Positions 40,048-49,800 of a DNA stretch of 64,000 bases are shown in pieces. Position 1 is the first letter of the stretch, and each line of letters opens with the position of its first letter. Under the pieces are notes generated by a model. It had not been told where the DNA came from. It ran no database searches and saw nothing but the letters and a program-made list of their open reading frames with translations. The DNA comes from Candidatus Planktophila sp. (GTDB lineage: Bacteria > Actinomycetota > Actinomycetes > Nanopelagicales > Nanopelagicaceae): positions 13,308 to 77,307 of the forward strand of contig SHVG01000001.1 of assembly GCA_009691145.1 (NCBI GenBank). Direction: 5' to 3'. The translations under genes and the position numbers were made by a program.

Positions 40048-40965
40048 ATGACGACCATCGCATCTGGCCACGCAATCACAACAATCTCACACGGCAAGCT
40101 TCTCGATGCATGGTTCCCAGCTCCAGTACTTGCACCCCTCAATCCAGTAGTTCCTCCTGAACTCACCGCTCTCATTGGGCGTGATGATGCACGTGATGTC
40201 AGCCGCGAAATAGCGAGTCTAGAAATTGATATCTCAGCCCCACCAACTTCTGCTCTGGATGCTTATCTACGCCTACATCTCTTATCGCATCGATTAATTA
40301 AGCCTCACGGGGCAAACCTTGATGGCATCTTTGGACTACTGAACAATGTTGTGTGGACATCGGCCGGCCCGTGTGCAGTTGAGGATTTCGAGCTCACACG
40401 CGCGCGCTTAAAAGCTGCCCATGGTCATGTCACAGTACTTTCTGTCGATAAGTTCCCACGAATGGTTGATTACGTTGTTCCGACTGGAGTGCGCATCGCA
40501 GATGCCGATCGTGTCCGCTTAGGTGCACACCTGGCACCAGGCACAACAATCATGCACGAAGGCTTTGTTAACTTTAACGCCGGTACTTTGGGCACTTCGA
40601 TGGTCGAGGGACGTATATCTGCTGGGGTAGTTGTAGGCGATGGCAGTGACGTTGGTGGTGGCGCATCGATTATGGGCACATTAAGTGGTGGTGGAAAACA
40701 AGTTATCTCAATCGGTGAAAAAACTCTGCTCGGTGCAAACTCTGGCTGCGGAATATCACTCGGAGATAACTGCGTAATCGAAGCCGGGACCTATATCACT
40801 GCCGCATCAAAGCTTCGTCTGCCCGATGGTGAGATCGTAAAGGCTGCAACGCTATCGGGTGCTAATAATCTCTTGTTCCGTCGTAACTCCCTCGATGGCG
40901 CACTTGAAGTAGTAAGTCGCACTGGTACATGGGGTGGACTTAACTCAATTCTGCACGCTAACTAA
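40048..40965 (+). CDS. dapD: Tetrahydrodipicolinate N-succinyltransferase
   Basis: YLRLHLLSHRL, VDKFPRM, MHEGFVNFNAGT and EGRISAG. Confidence 0.96.
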   Translation: MTTIASGHAITTISHGKLLDAWFPAPVLAPLNPVVPPELTALIGRDDARDVSREIASLEIDISAPPTSALDAYLRLHLLSHRLIKPHGANLDGIFGLLNNVVWTSAGPCAVEDFELTRARLKAAHGHVTVLSVDKFPRMVDYVVPTGVRIADADRVRLGAHLAPGTTIMHEGFVNFNAGTLGTSMVEGRISAGVVVGDGSDVGGGASIMGTLSGGGKQVISIGEKTLLGANSGCGISLGDNCVIEAGTYITAASKLRLPDGEIVKAATLSGANNLLFRRNSLDGALEVVSRTGTWGGLNSILHAN

Positions 40966-42186
40966 ATCAAAGTATGCAGATGGAATCTTCGTCCGACTTC
41001 TAAATGTTTCACCGCGAATCGTAAATTGAACTCCAGCACTTGATGTCGCACGGATCTGTCCTACCGTTCCGCTCTCATTTCGTGACAATACTTCTAGCTT
41101 TACAACATCGGGCAGTAAAAATGCCGCTGCAATGACTGGCTGCGTTACCACCCGATCCCACGCAACAAATCGTGGGTTCAGAGCTATATCTAAGCTCGCG
41201 GGATCATCGACAATCTGCGTATACGACTTGGCGCTACCCCAGGCGTTGAGTGCGAGTTCGGTTTTGCCACCCGATGACGAGAAGAAGTAGGCGGTAATAG
41301 GCAGGCCTTCCTGCGTGATTACTAGCCCTGCACTCTCTAAGACAGTTTGTTTCCACACGAGGCCGAATTTCAATTCCAGCTCTTTGGCATAGCCTAAAAA
41401 CATCTGATCTGAAATCTCACCATATAAATCACAATCACAGAGAGCTCTGTAGATTCCCGCCTTGCTCAGGGCATACGTGCGTGATGCAATCGCCTGAGCC
41501 CGCAGTGCAGCCAACGGCCAATATGAAGGCATCTCACTTATGCCCCACAGATACTCATCACTAAGGCGCAGTGAATTTGTGAGCTCTAATCGATATCCCA
41601 AGACGGGGTCTTTTACTGCGCGTACCTGCATCTGTCCATAGCGATACTTCCTCGTTACTCCATTGTGATTAACAGAGATTAGGGCATCGATTCCAGATAG
41701 ATATCGCGTACCGCTCCAGCGAATCGTGAAGTTACGGCTCTTAGCAAAGCCCGTTATTTTCTTGCCTGTGCTCATAGTTGGCACAACGCTGGCACCTAAA
41801 ACTGAGAGATTTAAAGATGCCTTACTTGAAAAAACAGCGATTGGCACTGCATCAACTTGATCACCGATATCACCGCTAAAGAGTTGGACAAGTGCACCGT
41901 TAGTGTTTGTTGAAATCTTTGCGCTGGTGAGCAAATGACCGATATTGACCCGCACAATCTTTGAATCATCAACTGGTTCGATCACAACATCTTTATAGAA
42001 GTATTGAAGAATCTGCGTCGAGCTCGCCCCGGCCAGCGCCATAGATCTCGCGCCCATCTGAGACATACCAACGCCGTGACCATATCCCGAGCCATGAAAT
42101 GAAAAACTTGAAGGGATATCTGCCGCCGATGCAGAGTTTGTTATTGATGAAGCCAGAAGAAGAAGTGCGAGAAGTTTTCTAGACAT
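40945..42186 (-). CDS. SpoIID/LytB-domain secreted protein
   Basis: Signal peptide, GSGYGHGVGMSQ and EYLWGISEMPSYWP..ALRAQAIASRTYA. Confidence 0.88.
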   Translation of the reverse strand: MSRKLLALLLLASSITNSASAADIPSSFSFHGSGYGHGVGMSQMGARSMALAGASSTQILQYFYKDVVIEPVDDSKIVRVNIGHLLTSAKISTNTNGALVQLFSGDIGDQVDAVPIAVFSSKASLNLSVLGASVVPTMSTGKKITGFAKSRNFTIRWSGTRYLSGIDALISVNHNGVTRKYRYGQMQVRAVKDPVLGYRLELTNSLRLSDEYLWGISEMPSYWPLAALRAQAIASRTYALSKAGIYRALCDCDLYGEISDQMFLGYAKELELKFGLVWKQTVLESAGLVITQEGLPITAYFFSSSGGKTELALNAWGSAKSYTQIVDDPASLDIALNPRFVAWDRVVTQPVIAAAFLLPDVVKLEVLSRNESGTVGQIRATSSAGVQFTIRGETFRSRTKIPSAYFDLVSVQN

Positions 42187-42982
42187 CCTCATCGATAGCT
42201 GCGCTCTTTCCGACCTGTAAAAACTCTTGGTAGGCATCGATCGTCGTATCGGGGGCGCCGCGTTGGACTAACTTGCCCTTGTGTATCCATGCAACGTCAT
42301 TGCATACATCGCGCAGAGTGGCCATTGCATGGCTGACAAGAATCAAGGCCCGATCATCACTGCGCAGCTCTTTGATGCGGTTAAGTGACTTCTCTTTAAA
42401 CTTGGCATCACCTGTGCTCAGGGCTTCATCGACGATCAAGATATCTGGGCGAACCGTAGCCGCGACTGAAAAAGCTAAGCGAGAGAACATTCCCGATGAA
42501 TATGTGCGCATGGGTGCATCGATAGCCTCTCCTAGCTCGGAGAAATCTGCGATCTCTTGGAAATGGCTTTCGATCTCATCGCGTGACATGCCCGCAGCTA
42601 AGCCCCCGAGAAAGACATTGTCACGACCAGACATCAATGAATTAAAGCCAACGCCTAAAGCCAGCAATGTGCTGACGCTGCCAAAGACTTCGATACGGCC
42701 TTGTGATGGCGGGATGATTCCGGCGATAACACGCATCATTGAGGATTTACCTGCACCGTTTGTTCCGATGACACCTAATACTTGGCCGTATTCGACATCG
42801 AGATTTACATTATCGAGCGCTCTAATCACACGCGTATGTTTTGACCCACGTCCTAAAGATTTAACGCGTGCCTTTAACGTTGGTCTGCGATCGATTGCAG
42901 TTGTGTATGTAAGACCTAGACCGCGAACTGAAACTGCGATCTCATTGGTCTTGTGCGAGTTAGAGACGGACGGCAAATTCAC
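42179..42982 (-). CDS. wzt: Polysaccharide/teichoic-acid export ABC ATPase (Wzt/TagH)
   Basis: GTNGAGKSS, YSSGM..RLAFS, VDEALSTGD and VSH. Confidence 0.92.
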   Translation of the reverse strand: MNLPSVSNSHKTNEIAVSVRGLGLTYTTAIDRRPTLKARVKSLGRGSKHTRVIRALDNVNLDVEYGQVLGVIGTNGAGKSSMMRVIAGIIPPSQGRIEVFGSVSTLLALGVGFNSLMSGRDNVFLGGLAAGMSRDEIESHFQEIADFSELGEAIDAPMRTYSSGMFSRLAFSVAATVRPDILIVDEALSTGDAKFKEKSLNRIKELRSDDRALILVSHAMATLRDVCNDVAWIHKGKLVQRGAPDTTIDAYQEFLQVGKSAAIDEDV

Positions 42983-43787
42983 GCTCCCTTGAAAGAAAGA
43001 AATAAGTACCGATTAGAAATACTCCGATTGCCCACGCTAGACCCGCTAGCAAGCTCGATACCTGGGGGGCTTGCCCATGTACTAGTACACGAGACCAACT
43101 ATCGAGAATTGGAAAGAGTGGGTTGAGAACTTCTAGCGCCATTAACTTTGGTTTAAGCGCCGATGCCTCGTAGAGAATCGGTGAAAGATATAGAAGTGAA
43201 CGAGTTAAGTAAGGCAGGAAGCTGGCGATATCACGGAAGTAAACATTGATACATGAGATTGTGATCGCAAGACCTAAGGCAAGTAACATCGCAATCAGTA
43301 GGACTGGAAATGCCCAGAGCATCTGCCAAGAAAAGGGCAGACCTACAATGGTGCGGATAATGAGGAAGACAACGAGCGTAGGAAGGAATTTAAACACTGC
43401 GATAACAACTGCAGATATTGGCAGCATGATCCGTGGGAATGCAGTGTTAAGAATGAGGCGTTGACCGGCGGTAATTGATTTGACTCCGCCCGTCAGTGAG
43501 TTTGCAACGAGATAAAAGAGGAAAAGCGTCGCCGTCAAATGTGCATAGCGCGTTGCATCAGATGCCCCACCGATGATGACAATAAGCAGGAAATACACCG
43601 CTGAGAGCAGCAGTGGATTGAGTACCAGCCATAGTTGGCCAAAGACTGAGTCAAAGTGTTGTTCGCGAAGTTCAGAGCGCGAATACTCAGAGATGAATGT
43701 TCGACGCGACCAGAGTGATTTCCAATATCGAATTAAAGGTGGCAGACCCGCCGTAAATGGCTCATAGACCTGCAACGGTGCGCTCAC
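42960..43787 (-). CDS. wzm: Polysaccharide export ABC-2 permease (Wzm/TagG)
   Basis: GQLWLVLNPL, FPR..LP, YFRD, LSPILY and LNPL. Confidence 0.9.
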   Translation of the reverse strand: MSAPLQVYEPFTAGLPPLIRYWKSLWSRRTFISEYSRSELREQHFDSVFGQLWLVLNPLLLSAVYFLLIVIIGGASDATRYAHLTATLFLFYLVANSLTGGVKSITAGQRLILNTAFPRIMLPISAVVIAVFKFLPTLVVFLIIRTIVGLPFSWQMLWAFPVLLIAMLLALGLAITISCINVYFRDIASFLPYLTRSLLYLSPILYEASALKPKLMALEVLNPLFPILDSWSRVLVHGQAPQVSSLLAGLAWAIGVFLIGTYFFLSREREFAVRL

Positions 43788-43802
43788 GGTCGTAAGGCTA
43801 CC

Positions 43803-44795
43803 TTACGGTGCAAGTGACTGCGGCGAAGTAAGGAAGCCCGTCCCCCAACACATATGCATAGTCAGAAGAATGAGCGGTAAAGAGATGATTTCACCCAAAG
43901 ACTTTCCGATCACAATCGATGCCAGCAGAATAAAGAGTGCATAAACAAGGGCTGGAATAAGAAAGATCGACGATATGAAAGCACCGAGAATTATCGATAG
44001 TGCAGATACTAGAACTGTAAAAGGTGGAGCTAAATATCTGTAGTTAATTGTTCCTTCGTGGCGGCGTGAAACAATACGTCGCCAACGACCGTACTCGAAG
44101 TATTGGCGAGCAAGGGCACTCACTGTTGAACGGGGACGATAGGTAACAACTAAGCGGGGATCAAAGTAGATGACACCGCCCACAGCACGCAGACGAAAAT
44201 TCAACTCCCAATCCTGGGCGCGAGTAAAGCGTTCATCAAAACCACCAACTGCAAGTAAGGCCTCTTTTCTAAAGGCCCCTAAATAAACAGTATCAACGGC
44301 GCCTGCGATACCGCCTGTATGAAAACGTGATACACCAACTCCGAGTGGACTGCGCATCGCACGTGCAACTGCGCGCTCAAATACACTCTTGCCCACTGCT
44401 GCCATTACACCACCTACATTAACGGCGCCGCTCTGGGTGAGAATCTCTAAAACTAGAGACAAGTAGTTATGTGGAATCTCTGAGTGGCCATCGACGCGCA
44501 CAATATTTGAATACTGTGATTTCTTGACTGCAAGATTTAATCCTGTGGCAGTACGTCCAGTGGGATTTGCAACAATAACTACTCGTGAATCAGCCTGTGC
44601 CAGAGTTTGAGCAATGGCTTCGGTTCCATCCGAGGATGGCCCAATCGCCAAAACTACTTCGAGTGGGCCGTGAAAATCCTGTGACAAGATCGCACGTACA
44701 GAGTCAGCTAAGTGCGCAGCCTCATTGCGCACCGGAAGAATTACTGAGATTTCACGCTTCGGTGAGCCATATAACTCGTTTGCTGATGTCGTCAT
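43803..44795 (-). CDS. Glycosyltransferase family 2
   Basis: SVILPVRNEA, RVDGH, QDWELN.R and QYFEYGRWR. Confidence 0.92.
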   Translation of the reverse strand: MTTSANELYGSPKREISVILPVRNEAAHLADSVRAILSQDFHGPLEVVLAIGPSSDGTEAIAQTLAQADSRVVIVANPTGRTATGLNLAVKKSQYSNIVRVDGHSEIPHNYLSLVLEILTQSGAVNVGGVMAAVGKSVFERAVARAMRSPLGVGVSRFHTGGIAGAVDTVYLGAFRKEALLAVGGFDERFTRAQDWELNFRLRAVGGVIYFDPRLVVTYRPRSTVSALARQYFEYGRWRRIVSRRHEGTINYRYLAPPFTVLVSALSIILGAFISSIFLIPALVYALFILLASIVIGKSLGEIISLPLILLTMHMCWGTGFLTSPQSLAP

Positions 44796-44831
44796 AACCC
44801 CACCACCGTATCGCTGAAGTAGTCTTCGCCT

Positions 44832-45947
44832 GTGAAAGCGACGCGACCTATTCGGATTATTACCTCACTCTCGCTCGCCGTCGTCGCGATCTCGGCCATC
44901 GCGTGGCTGGGTCTAGGTCAGGTTAGCGGTGCAATTGACCGCATCGATGTCTTTGGCTCACTTGGTAAGCGCCCAGATAAACCATCGACTGCACTTAACT
45001 ATTTACTCGTTGGCTCTGATACTCGCGAAGGTCTAACAAAAGAGCAGTCCAAACTCTTGCGTGTTGGAACAACTAAAGCCGCCGCCGGTGCGCGCTCTGA
45101 CACCATGCTATTAATACACATCAGTAAGTCACGCGATAAGGCCACAATTATTTCAATTCCGCGTGACTCGTTTGTAACAATTCCAGAGCACAAATCATCG
45201 ATTTATAAAGATCGAACCGTTGCCGCCGCTAATGGCAAAATCAACTCAGCCTTTGCCTGGGGCGGTGCACCACTGCTTATCCAAACAATTGAAAATGAAA
45301 CCGGTGTTCGTATCGATCACTATGTAGAGATCGGTTTTGCTGGTTTTGCTGGAATGGTTGATTCACTCGGTGGAATCGAAGTCTGTTCAAAGAAAGATAT
45401 CAACGATCCCAATAGTCACTTAGTTATGAGTGCAGGTGTACACACCCTCGATGGAATCGAAGCGCTTAAATATGTGCGTACGCGTGACTTTGATGGAATG
45501 GGTGACTTGGGCCGTATGCAACGCCAACAGCAGTTCATAAGCGCTGTACTGCGCAAAGTTACGAGCACTGGCGTACTGCTCAATCCAGTTAAGTTAATAA
45601 GCTTCTTTAACGCGGCAATAGCAACGGTCAAGACCGATTCGCAGCTCAACAGCGGTGATTTAATCACTCTGGCTAGACAGCTAAAGAATCTCTCCGCGAG
45701 CAAGGTCCGCACTCTCACAATTCCACTTAGTAACACCAATGCTCGCGTACCTGGACTTGGTTCAGTTGTTATATGGGACGAGGTTTTAGCCCCCGATCTC
45801 TTTAATCGTCTGCGTGAAGATCTACCTCTCGTTGATGAGCTCACGCCTTCACCGTCGGCATCATCTAGCGCCTCTGCTACACCGACAATCGTCGATAAAT
45901 TTAAGACTCGTACCGCCGATGAAAATCCATGTGGAGCACTGAAGTAA
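44832..45947 (+). CDS. LCP (LytR-CpsA-Psr) glycopolymer transferase
   Basis: LLVGSDTR, RSDTM, SIPRD, KINSAF, YVRTR and DLGRMQRQQ. Confidence 0.95.
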   Translation: MKATRPIRIITSLSLAVVAISAIAWLGLGQVSGAIDRIDVFGSLGKRPDKPSTALNYLLVGSDTREGLTKEQSKLLRVGTTKAAAGARSDTMLLIHISKSRDKATIISIPRDSFVTIPEHKSSIYKDRTVAAANGKINSAFAWGGAPLLIQTIENETGVRIDHYVEIGFAGFAGMVDSLGGIEVCSKKDINDPNSHLVMSAGVHTLDGIEALKYVRTRDFDGMGDLGRMQRQQQFISAVLRKVTSTGVLLNPVKLISFFNAAIATVKTDSQLNSGDLITLARQLKNLSASKVRTLTIPLSNTNARVPGLGSVVIWDEVLAPDLFNRLREDLPLVDELTPSPSASSSASATPTIVDKFKTRTADENPCGALK

Positions 45948-45951
45948 ACTC

Positions 45952-47268
45952 ATGTCCATGAACTCAACGCTCTCGGTTATTGGTTGCGGATATTTAGGTA
46001 CAACGCATGCGGCCTGTATGTCATCCCTTGGATTCACCGTCATTGGCGTTGATACGGATCCAGTAAAGGTTGCAATGCTCTCCCGTGGTGAGCTCCCCTT
46101 TTATGAGCCTGGCCTAGATACCTTATTGGCCCAGGAGATTGCCACCGGGCGTTTAACATTTACAACTGATTTTTCTGCAGTTGCCGATGCCGACATTCAC
46201 TTTGTCTGTGTTGGTACACCGCAGAGCAAAGATGGATTAGCCGCAGATCTCACCTATGTTAAATCGGCGGTGGCTGCAGTTGCACCCCACCTCAAAGCAG
46301 GCGCACTCGTAGTTGGAAAATCAACGGTCCCAGTTGGTACTGCGCAATCTCTACGCCAACAACTTGCAGAGATAGCCCCACAGGCCGACCTTGCATGGAA
46401 CCCAGAGTTTCTGCGCGAGGGCTTTGCCGTTGAAGATACATTGACACCGAACCGCCTTGTCGTTGGTGTTGCAAATGATCGCGCCGAACAGATTCTCAAA
46501 GATGTCTATGCACCTATCCTCGCCCTTGGTACTCCTTGGATTCGCGCCGATCTTCCAACTGCCGAGCTTGTTAAGGTCGCTGCAAACTCATTTCTTGCAA
46601 CAAAGATTTCATTTATTAATGCAATGGCTGAAGTCTGTGAAGCTGCCGGTGGAGATATAACCGTCCTTGCAAAGGCGATTGGTTATGACCCACGCATCGG
46701 AAGCCGCTTCTTACAAGCTGGCATTGGTTTTGGTGGCGGATGTTTACCTAAAGATATCCGTGCATTTATGGCCCGCGCCGAAGAGCTTGGCGCAAAGCAT
46801 GCCCTTGAATTCTTGCGAGAGATTGATGCAATTAACCTACGTGCTCGCCAGCGCGTAATCGATGTTGTGCGCAGTGATTTATCTGAGGATTTAACGCAGT
46901 ACACAATCGCAGTACTCGGTGCGACCTTTAAACCAGATAGTGATGATGTGCGCGACTCCCCCGCTCTCGATATCGCCGTACAGTTGCACGCCGCCGGTGC
47001 CAAGGTTGTTGTGCACGATCCCAAAGGTATCGAGCCTGCCCGTAAGCGCTTCCCTAACCTCACCTTTGCAGAGTCTGTTACCGATTGTGTCAAGGGTGCT
47101 GATTTGATTCTGCACTTAACCGAGTGGAAAGAGTATCGAGCCCTTGATCCTTCAGTAATCGGCAGATTAGTTAAAAACAAGATGATTATCGATGGACGCA
47201 ACGCCCTGGATCGCGATCTATGGCGCAGCGCCGGTTGGAAATTCCATGCATTAGGGCGCAGTGATTAA
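45952..47268 (+). CDS. ugd: UDP-glucose 6-dehydrogenase
   Basis: GCGYLG, KSTVPVGT, NPEFLREG, GFGGGCLPKD and FKP.SDD.R.S. Confidence 0.95.
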   Translation: MSMNSTLSVIGCGYLGTTHAACMSSLGFTVIGVDTDPVKVAMLSRGELPFYEPGLDTLLAQEIATGRLTFTTDFSAVADADIHFVCVGTPQSKDGLAADLTYVKSAVAAVAPHLKAGALVVGKSTVPVGTAQSLRQQLAEIAPQADLAWNPEFLREGFAVEDTLTPNRLVVGVANDRAEQILKDVYAPILALGTPWIRADLPTAELVKVAANSFLATKISFINAMAEVCEAAGGDITVLAKAIGYDPRIGSRFLQAGIGFGGGCLPKDIRAFMARAEELGAKHALEFLREIDAINLRARQRVIDVVRSDLSEDLTQYTIAVLGATFKPDSDDVRDSPALDIAVQLHAAGAKVVVHDPKGIEPARKRFPNLTFAESVTDCVKGADLILHLTEWKEYRALDPSVIGRLVKNKMIIDGRNALDRDLWRSAGWKFHALGRSD

Positions 47269-47659
47269 CGAGAGTGAAGTAATCGACGCCCTCCTTGCGA
47301 TGAAGGTATGGGCGGTGGTCGGCCTTGGTAACAACCCAGATCGCGCAGCCTTTGCTGTTGCCAAAGTATTACAGGACAAGGGCCATCAGATTATTCCGGT
47401 CTACCCACGTGCCGAAGTCGTACATGGGGAGATTGGTTACAAAACACTGAGTGAGATACCAGTGCAGGTCGATGTCGTTGACTGCTTTGTGAACTCCTCC
47501 CTAGTTGGAAAAGTTGTCGATGAAGCGATTGCAATCGGCGCAAAGGCGGTATGGCTTCAGTTAGATGTTATCGATGAGGCTGCAGTTGCTCGGGCACAGG
47601 CCGCTGGATTATTAACGGTAATGAATCGCTGTCCAGCTATTGAATATCGAGGACGCTAA
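47261..47659 (+). CDS. CoA-binding protein (YccU-like)
   Basis: WAVVGL...PDR, AVWLQL and MNRC. Confidence 0.9.
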   Translation: MINESEVIDALLAMKVWAVVGLGNNPDRAAFAVAKVLQDKGHQIIPVYPRAEVVHGEIGYKTLSEIPVQVDVVDCFVNSSLVGKVVDEAIAIGAKAVWLQLDVIDEAAVARAQAAGLLTVMNRCPAIEYRGR

Positions 47660-47914
47660 CTAAAATCCAGTTTTTTGATTTCGGCGCGATGTCAAGTTCG
47701 CAGCCTTTGCCTTTGCTTCGGCGTTAATCTCTTTCAGACCTTTGTAACCTTTAGCGGCAGCGCCCTGTGCAAACTCCACCATTTCAAGTGGCATGCGATG
47801 AGCCGATACAACATCGGCATCGTAGGAGATCCCGAGTAGCTCTAAAGTTTTAGCGGCCTCTTCCATGATGGGCCAGTCAGAGTCTGATCCCATGATTATT
47901 GCAACATCACCCAT
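47660..47914 (-). pseudogene. purE: purE with a large in-frame internal deletion
   Basis: Only 84 aa. IIMGSDSD and VVSAHRMP are intact, but after GYK the sequence jumps to a C-terminal-like helix. The IIAGAG..AHLPG, PVIGVP and SIVQMP..PVATV motifs are absent. Confidence 0.85.
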
Positions 47915-49019
47915 CGACTTCTCCGCTCATGTAATCAAGGGCGTGCTGGACTTCGTGGCTCAATTCTACGACGTCATTGCCTAAGAGATTTACGTGGCCA
48001 ATCGGCCGGCCCGTGTGCACATCTTTCTTATAGTGGTGAAACTTTAAGCCTGGATTACGCGCCATGAGGTGCAGATATGGTCGATACATATCTGCCTTGC
48101 TCGATCCAAAGATATTTCCCATAACGGCAACAGGGGCCGTCATCGATGGATCCCCCAGTGGCAAATCCAAAACCGCGCGCAGATATTGCTCAAACTGCGA
48201 TGTCACCGAACCTTCAATAGTCCAGTGGGCCGAGTTATGGGGGTGCATCGCTAGCTCGTTAATAAATAGTTGATCACCTTTAACAAACATCTCAACTGCC
48301 ATTACACCAACAACACCAATCTCTTGTGCAATATCTAGCGCTAATTTCTGCGCCTGTGCACTCATCTCTTGGCTCAACTGCGGCGCTGGTGTAACTGTCA
48401 TTGTGCAGATTCCATCAACCTGCACGGTCTGTGTAGGTGCCCAAGTACTTGCCTGACCGTGAGGAGAGCGTGCAACCATCACCGCGATTTCATAGTCAAA
48501 TTCAATGAGCTCTTCAATGAGAACTTTCCCTACTTCGGCAATTACATCGCTTAACGCTTTCTCAGAATCTACTCTCCAGACTCCGCGACCGTCATATCCG
48601 CCTGATATCGCCTTGGCAATCAATGGATACCCACTCACACCAACAGCCGTTGTTACAACGCTAGATTTCGGCGCAGGAAAGTTACTCAAGCGCGCTCGCA
48701 TCTGGGCCTTATCTTGTGAGTAAATAAATGCGCTAGAGCTTGGTCTTACGACAACGCCTGCAGATTCAAGGGCCTTAATAACGCTCAGTGGAATCAATTC
48801 GTGTTCAAAGCTTATGACATCGCATTTCTTCGCAAACTCAAGGACGGTATCGACATCTGCATAATCACCGACGACATGGTTTGCAATTTGAGCACCACTG
48901 TCATTGGAGTCCTGCGCTAACAAAAGAAGGTTTATTCCAAGGTCGGCCGCCGGTGAAAGACTCATTCGGGCGAGTTGACCTGCGCCTATGATGCCAACGG
49001 TAGGGAAGGAATCGCTCAC
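47907..49019 (-). CDS. purK: N5-carboxyaminoimidazole ribonucleotide synthase with altered active-site motifs
   Basis: [33 protein letters not shown] and TSQFEQ; upstream of purE. Confidence 0.9.
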   Translation of the reverse strand: MSDSFPTVGIIGAGQLARMSLSPAADLGINLLLLAQDSNDSGAQIANHVVGDYADVDTVLEFAKKCDVISFEHELIPLSVIKALESAGVVVRPSSSAFIYSQDKAQMRARLSNFPAPKSSVVTTAVGVSGYPLIAKAISGGYDGRGVWRVDSEKALSDVIAEVGKVLIEELIEFDYEIAVMVARSPHGQASTWAPTQTVQVDGICTMTVTPAPQLSQEMSAQAQKLALDIAQEIGVVGVMAVEMFVKGDQLFINELAMHPHNSAHWTIEGSVTSQFEQYLRAVLDLPLGDPSMTAPVAVMGNIFGSSKADMYRPYLHLMARNPGLKFHHYKKDVHTGRPIGHVNLLGNDVVELSHEVQHALDYMSGEVDG

Positions 49020-49023
49020 TAGA

Positions 49024-49770
49024 TTATCGTAGATGAACTATGTCGCCAGCTTGAACGTGGGCTCCAGTATCTAATACCAACTCGCCTCGGCCGCTGATAG
49101 ATACCGCTATGGCCCTTTCTATCTTGCCATCTGGATATTGAACTCGAACCTGACGCCCGATCGTGGCGCTCATATCTTGATAGATGGCCTTGATTTGATC
49201 GCTACCGTGATCCCAATTCGTAAAGTTCGTTTCGAAGATTTTTAGTAGATCGGGTAGTAATTGGTTTCGAGTCAAAGCTCGCGCACCTTCGATGAAGAGC
49301 GATGTAGCTGTTGGCACCGGAAGTTCTGATCGCTCCATTGCAACATTTATTCCGATTCCTATGACCACGCCATCACCAACAACTTCTGCGATTAGACCTG
49401 AAACTTTTTTATCATTAATTAAAATATCATTGGGCCACTTTACTTGTGCATTAAAATTAGAAAGAGCCCGCGCAATGCTGACACCGGCAATCAACGGAAT
49501 CCATCCCCAGTCATCGCGATTTCTTTGTGGCTCGATATAGAAAGAAAATAAAAGAGCGGTCGACTTTGGTGCATCGAAAGTTCGCGTTAAGCGTCCACGT
49601 CCTGCACTTTGATATTCGGCGGCGATAACATCACCTGCGCGTGCATTCACCTGGCGCACTAACGCGACTAAATCGCTCTGCGTTGATCCCGTGAGTTCAA
49701 CCACGCTTACTCGCCAGTACTGCGTCACTGCGGCGTTGATTATCGAACTATCCAAGGGCGCACTTAGCAT
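49024..49770 (-). CDS. birA: Biotin--acetyl-CoA-carboxylase ligase
   Basis: TGSTQ, QSAGRGR, KWPND, KVSG and GIGIN. Confidence 0.94.
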   Translation of the reverse strand: MLSAPLDSSIINAAVTQYWRVSVVELTGSTQSDLVALVRQVNARAGDVIAAEYQSAGRGRLTRTFDAPKSTALLFSFYIEPQRNRDDWGWIPLIAGVSIARALSNFNAQVKWPNDILINDKKVSGLIAEVVGDGVVIGIGINVAMERSELPVPTATSLFIEGARALTRNQLLPDLLKIFETNFTNWDHGSDQIKAIYQDMSATIGRQVRVQYPDGKIERAIAVSISGRGELVLDTGAHVQAGDIVHLR

Positions 49771-49800
49771 TTCTCTCTCCACGCCTAGTACCGTAGGGGC

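Noticed and set aside
42273-42992. 239-aa antisense ORF opposite wzt, and similar shadow ORFs throughout the track
   Set aside because: They lie fully within well-supported opposite-strand genes, have Ser/Arg/Pro-rich non-globular composition and show no motifs.
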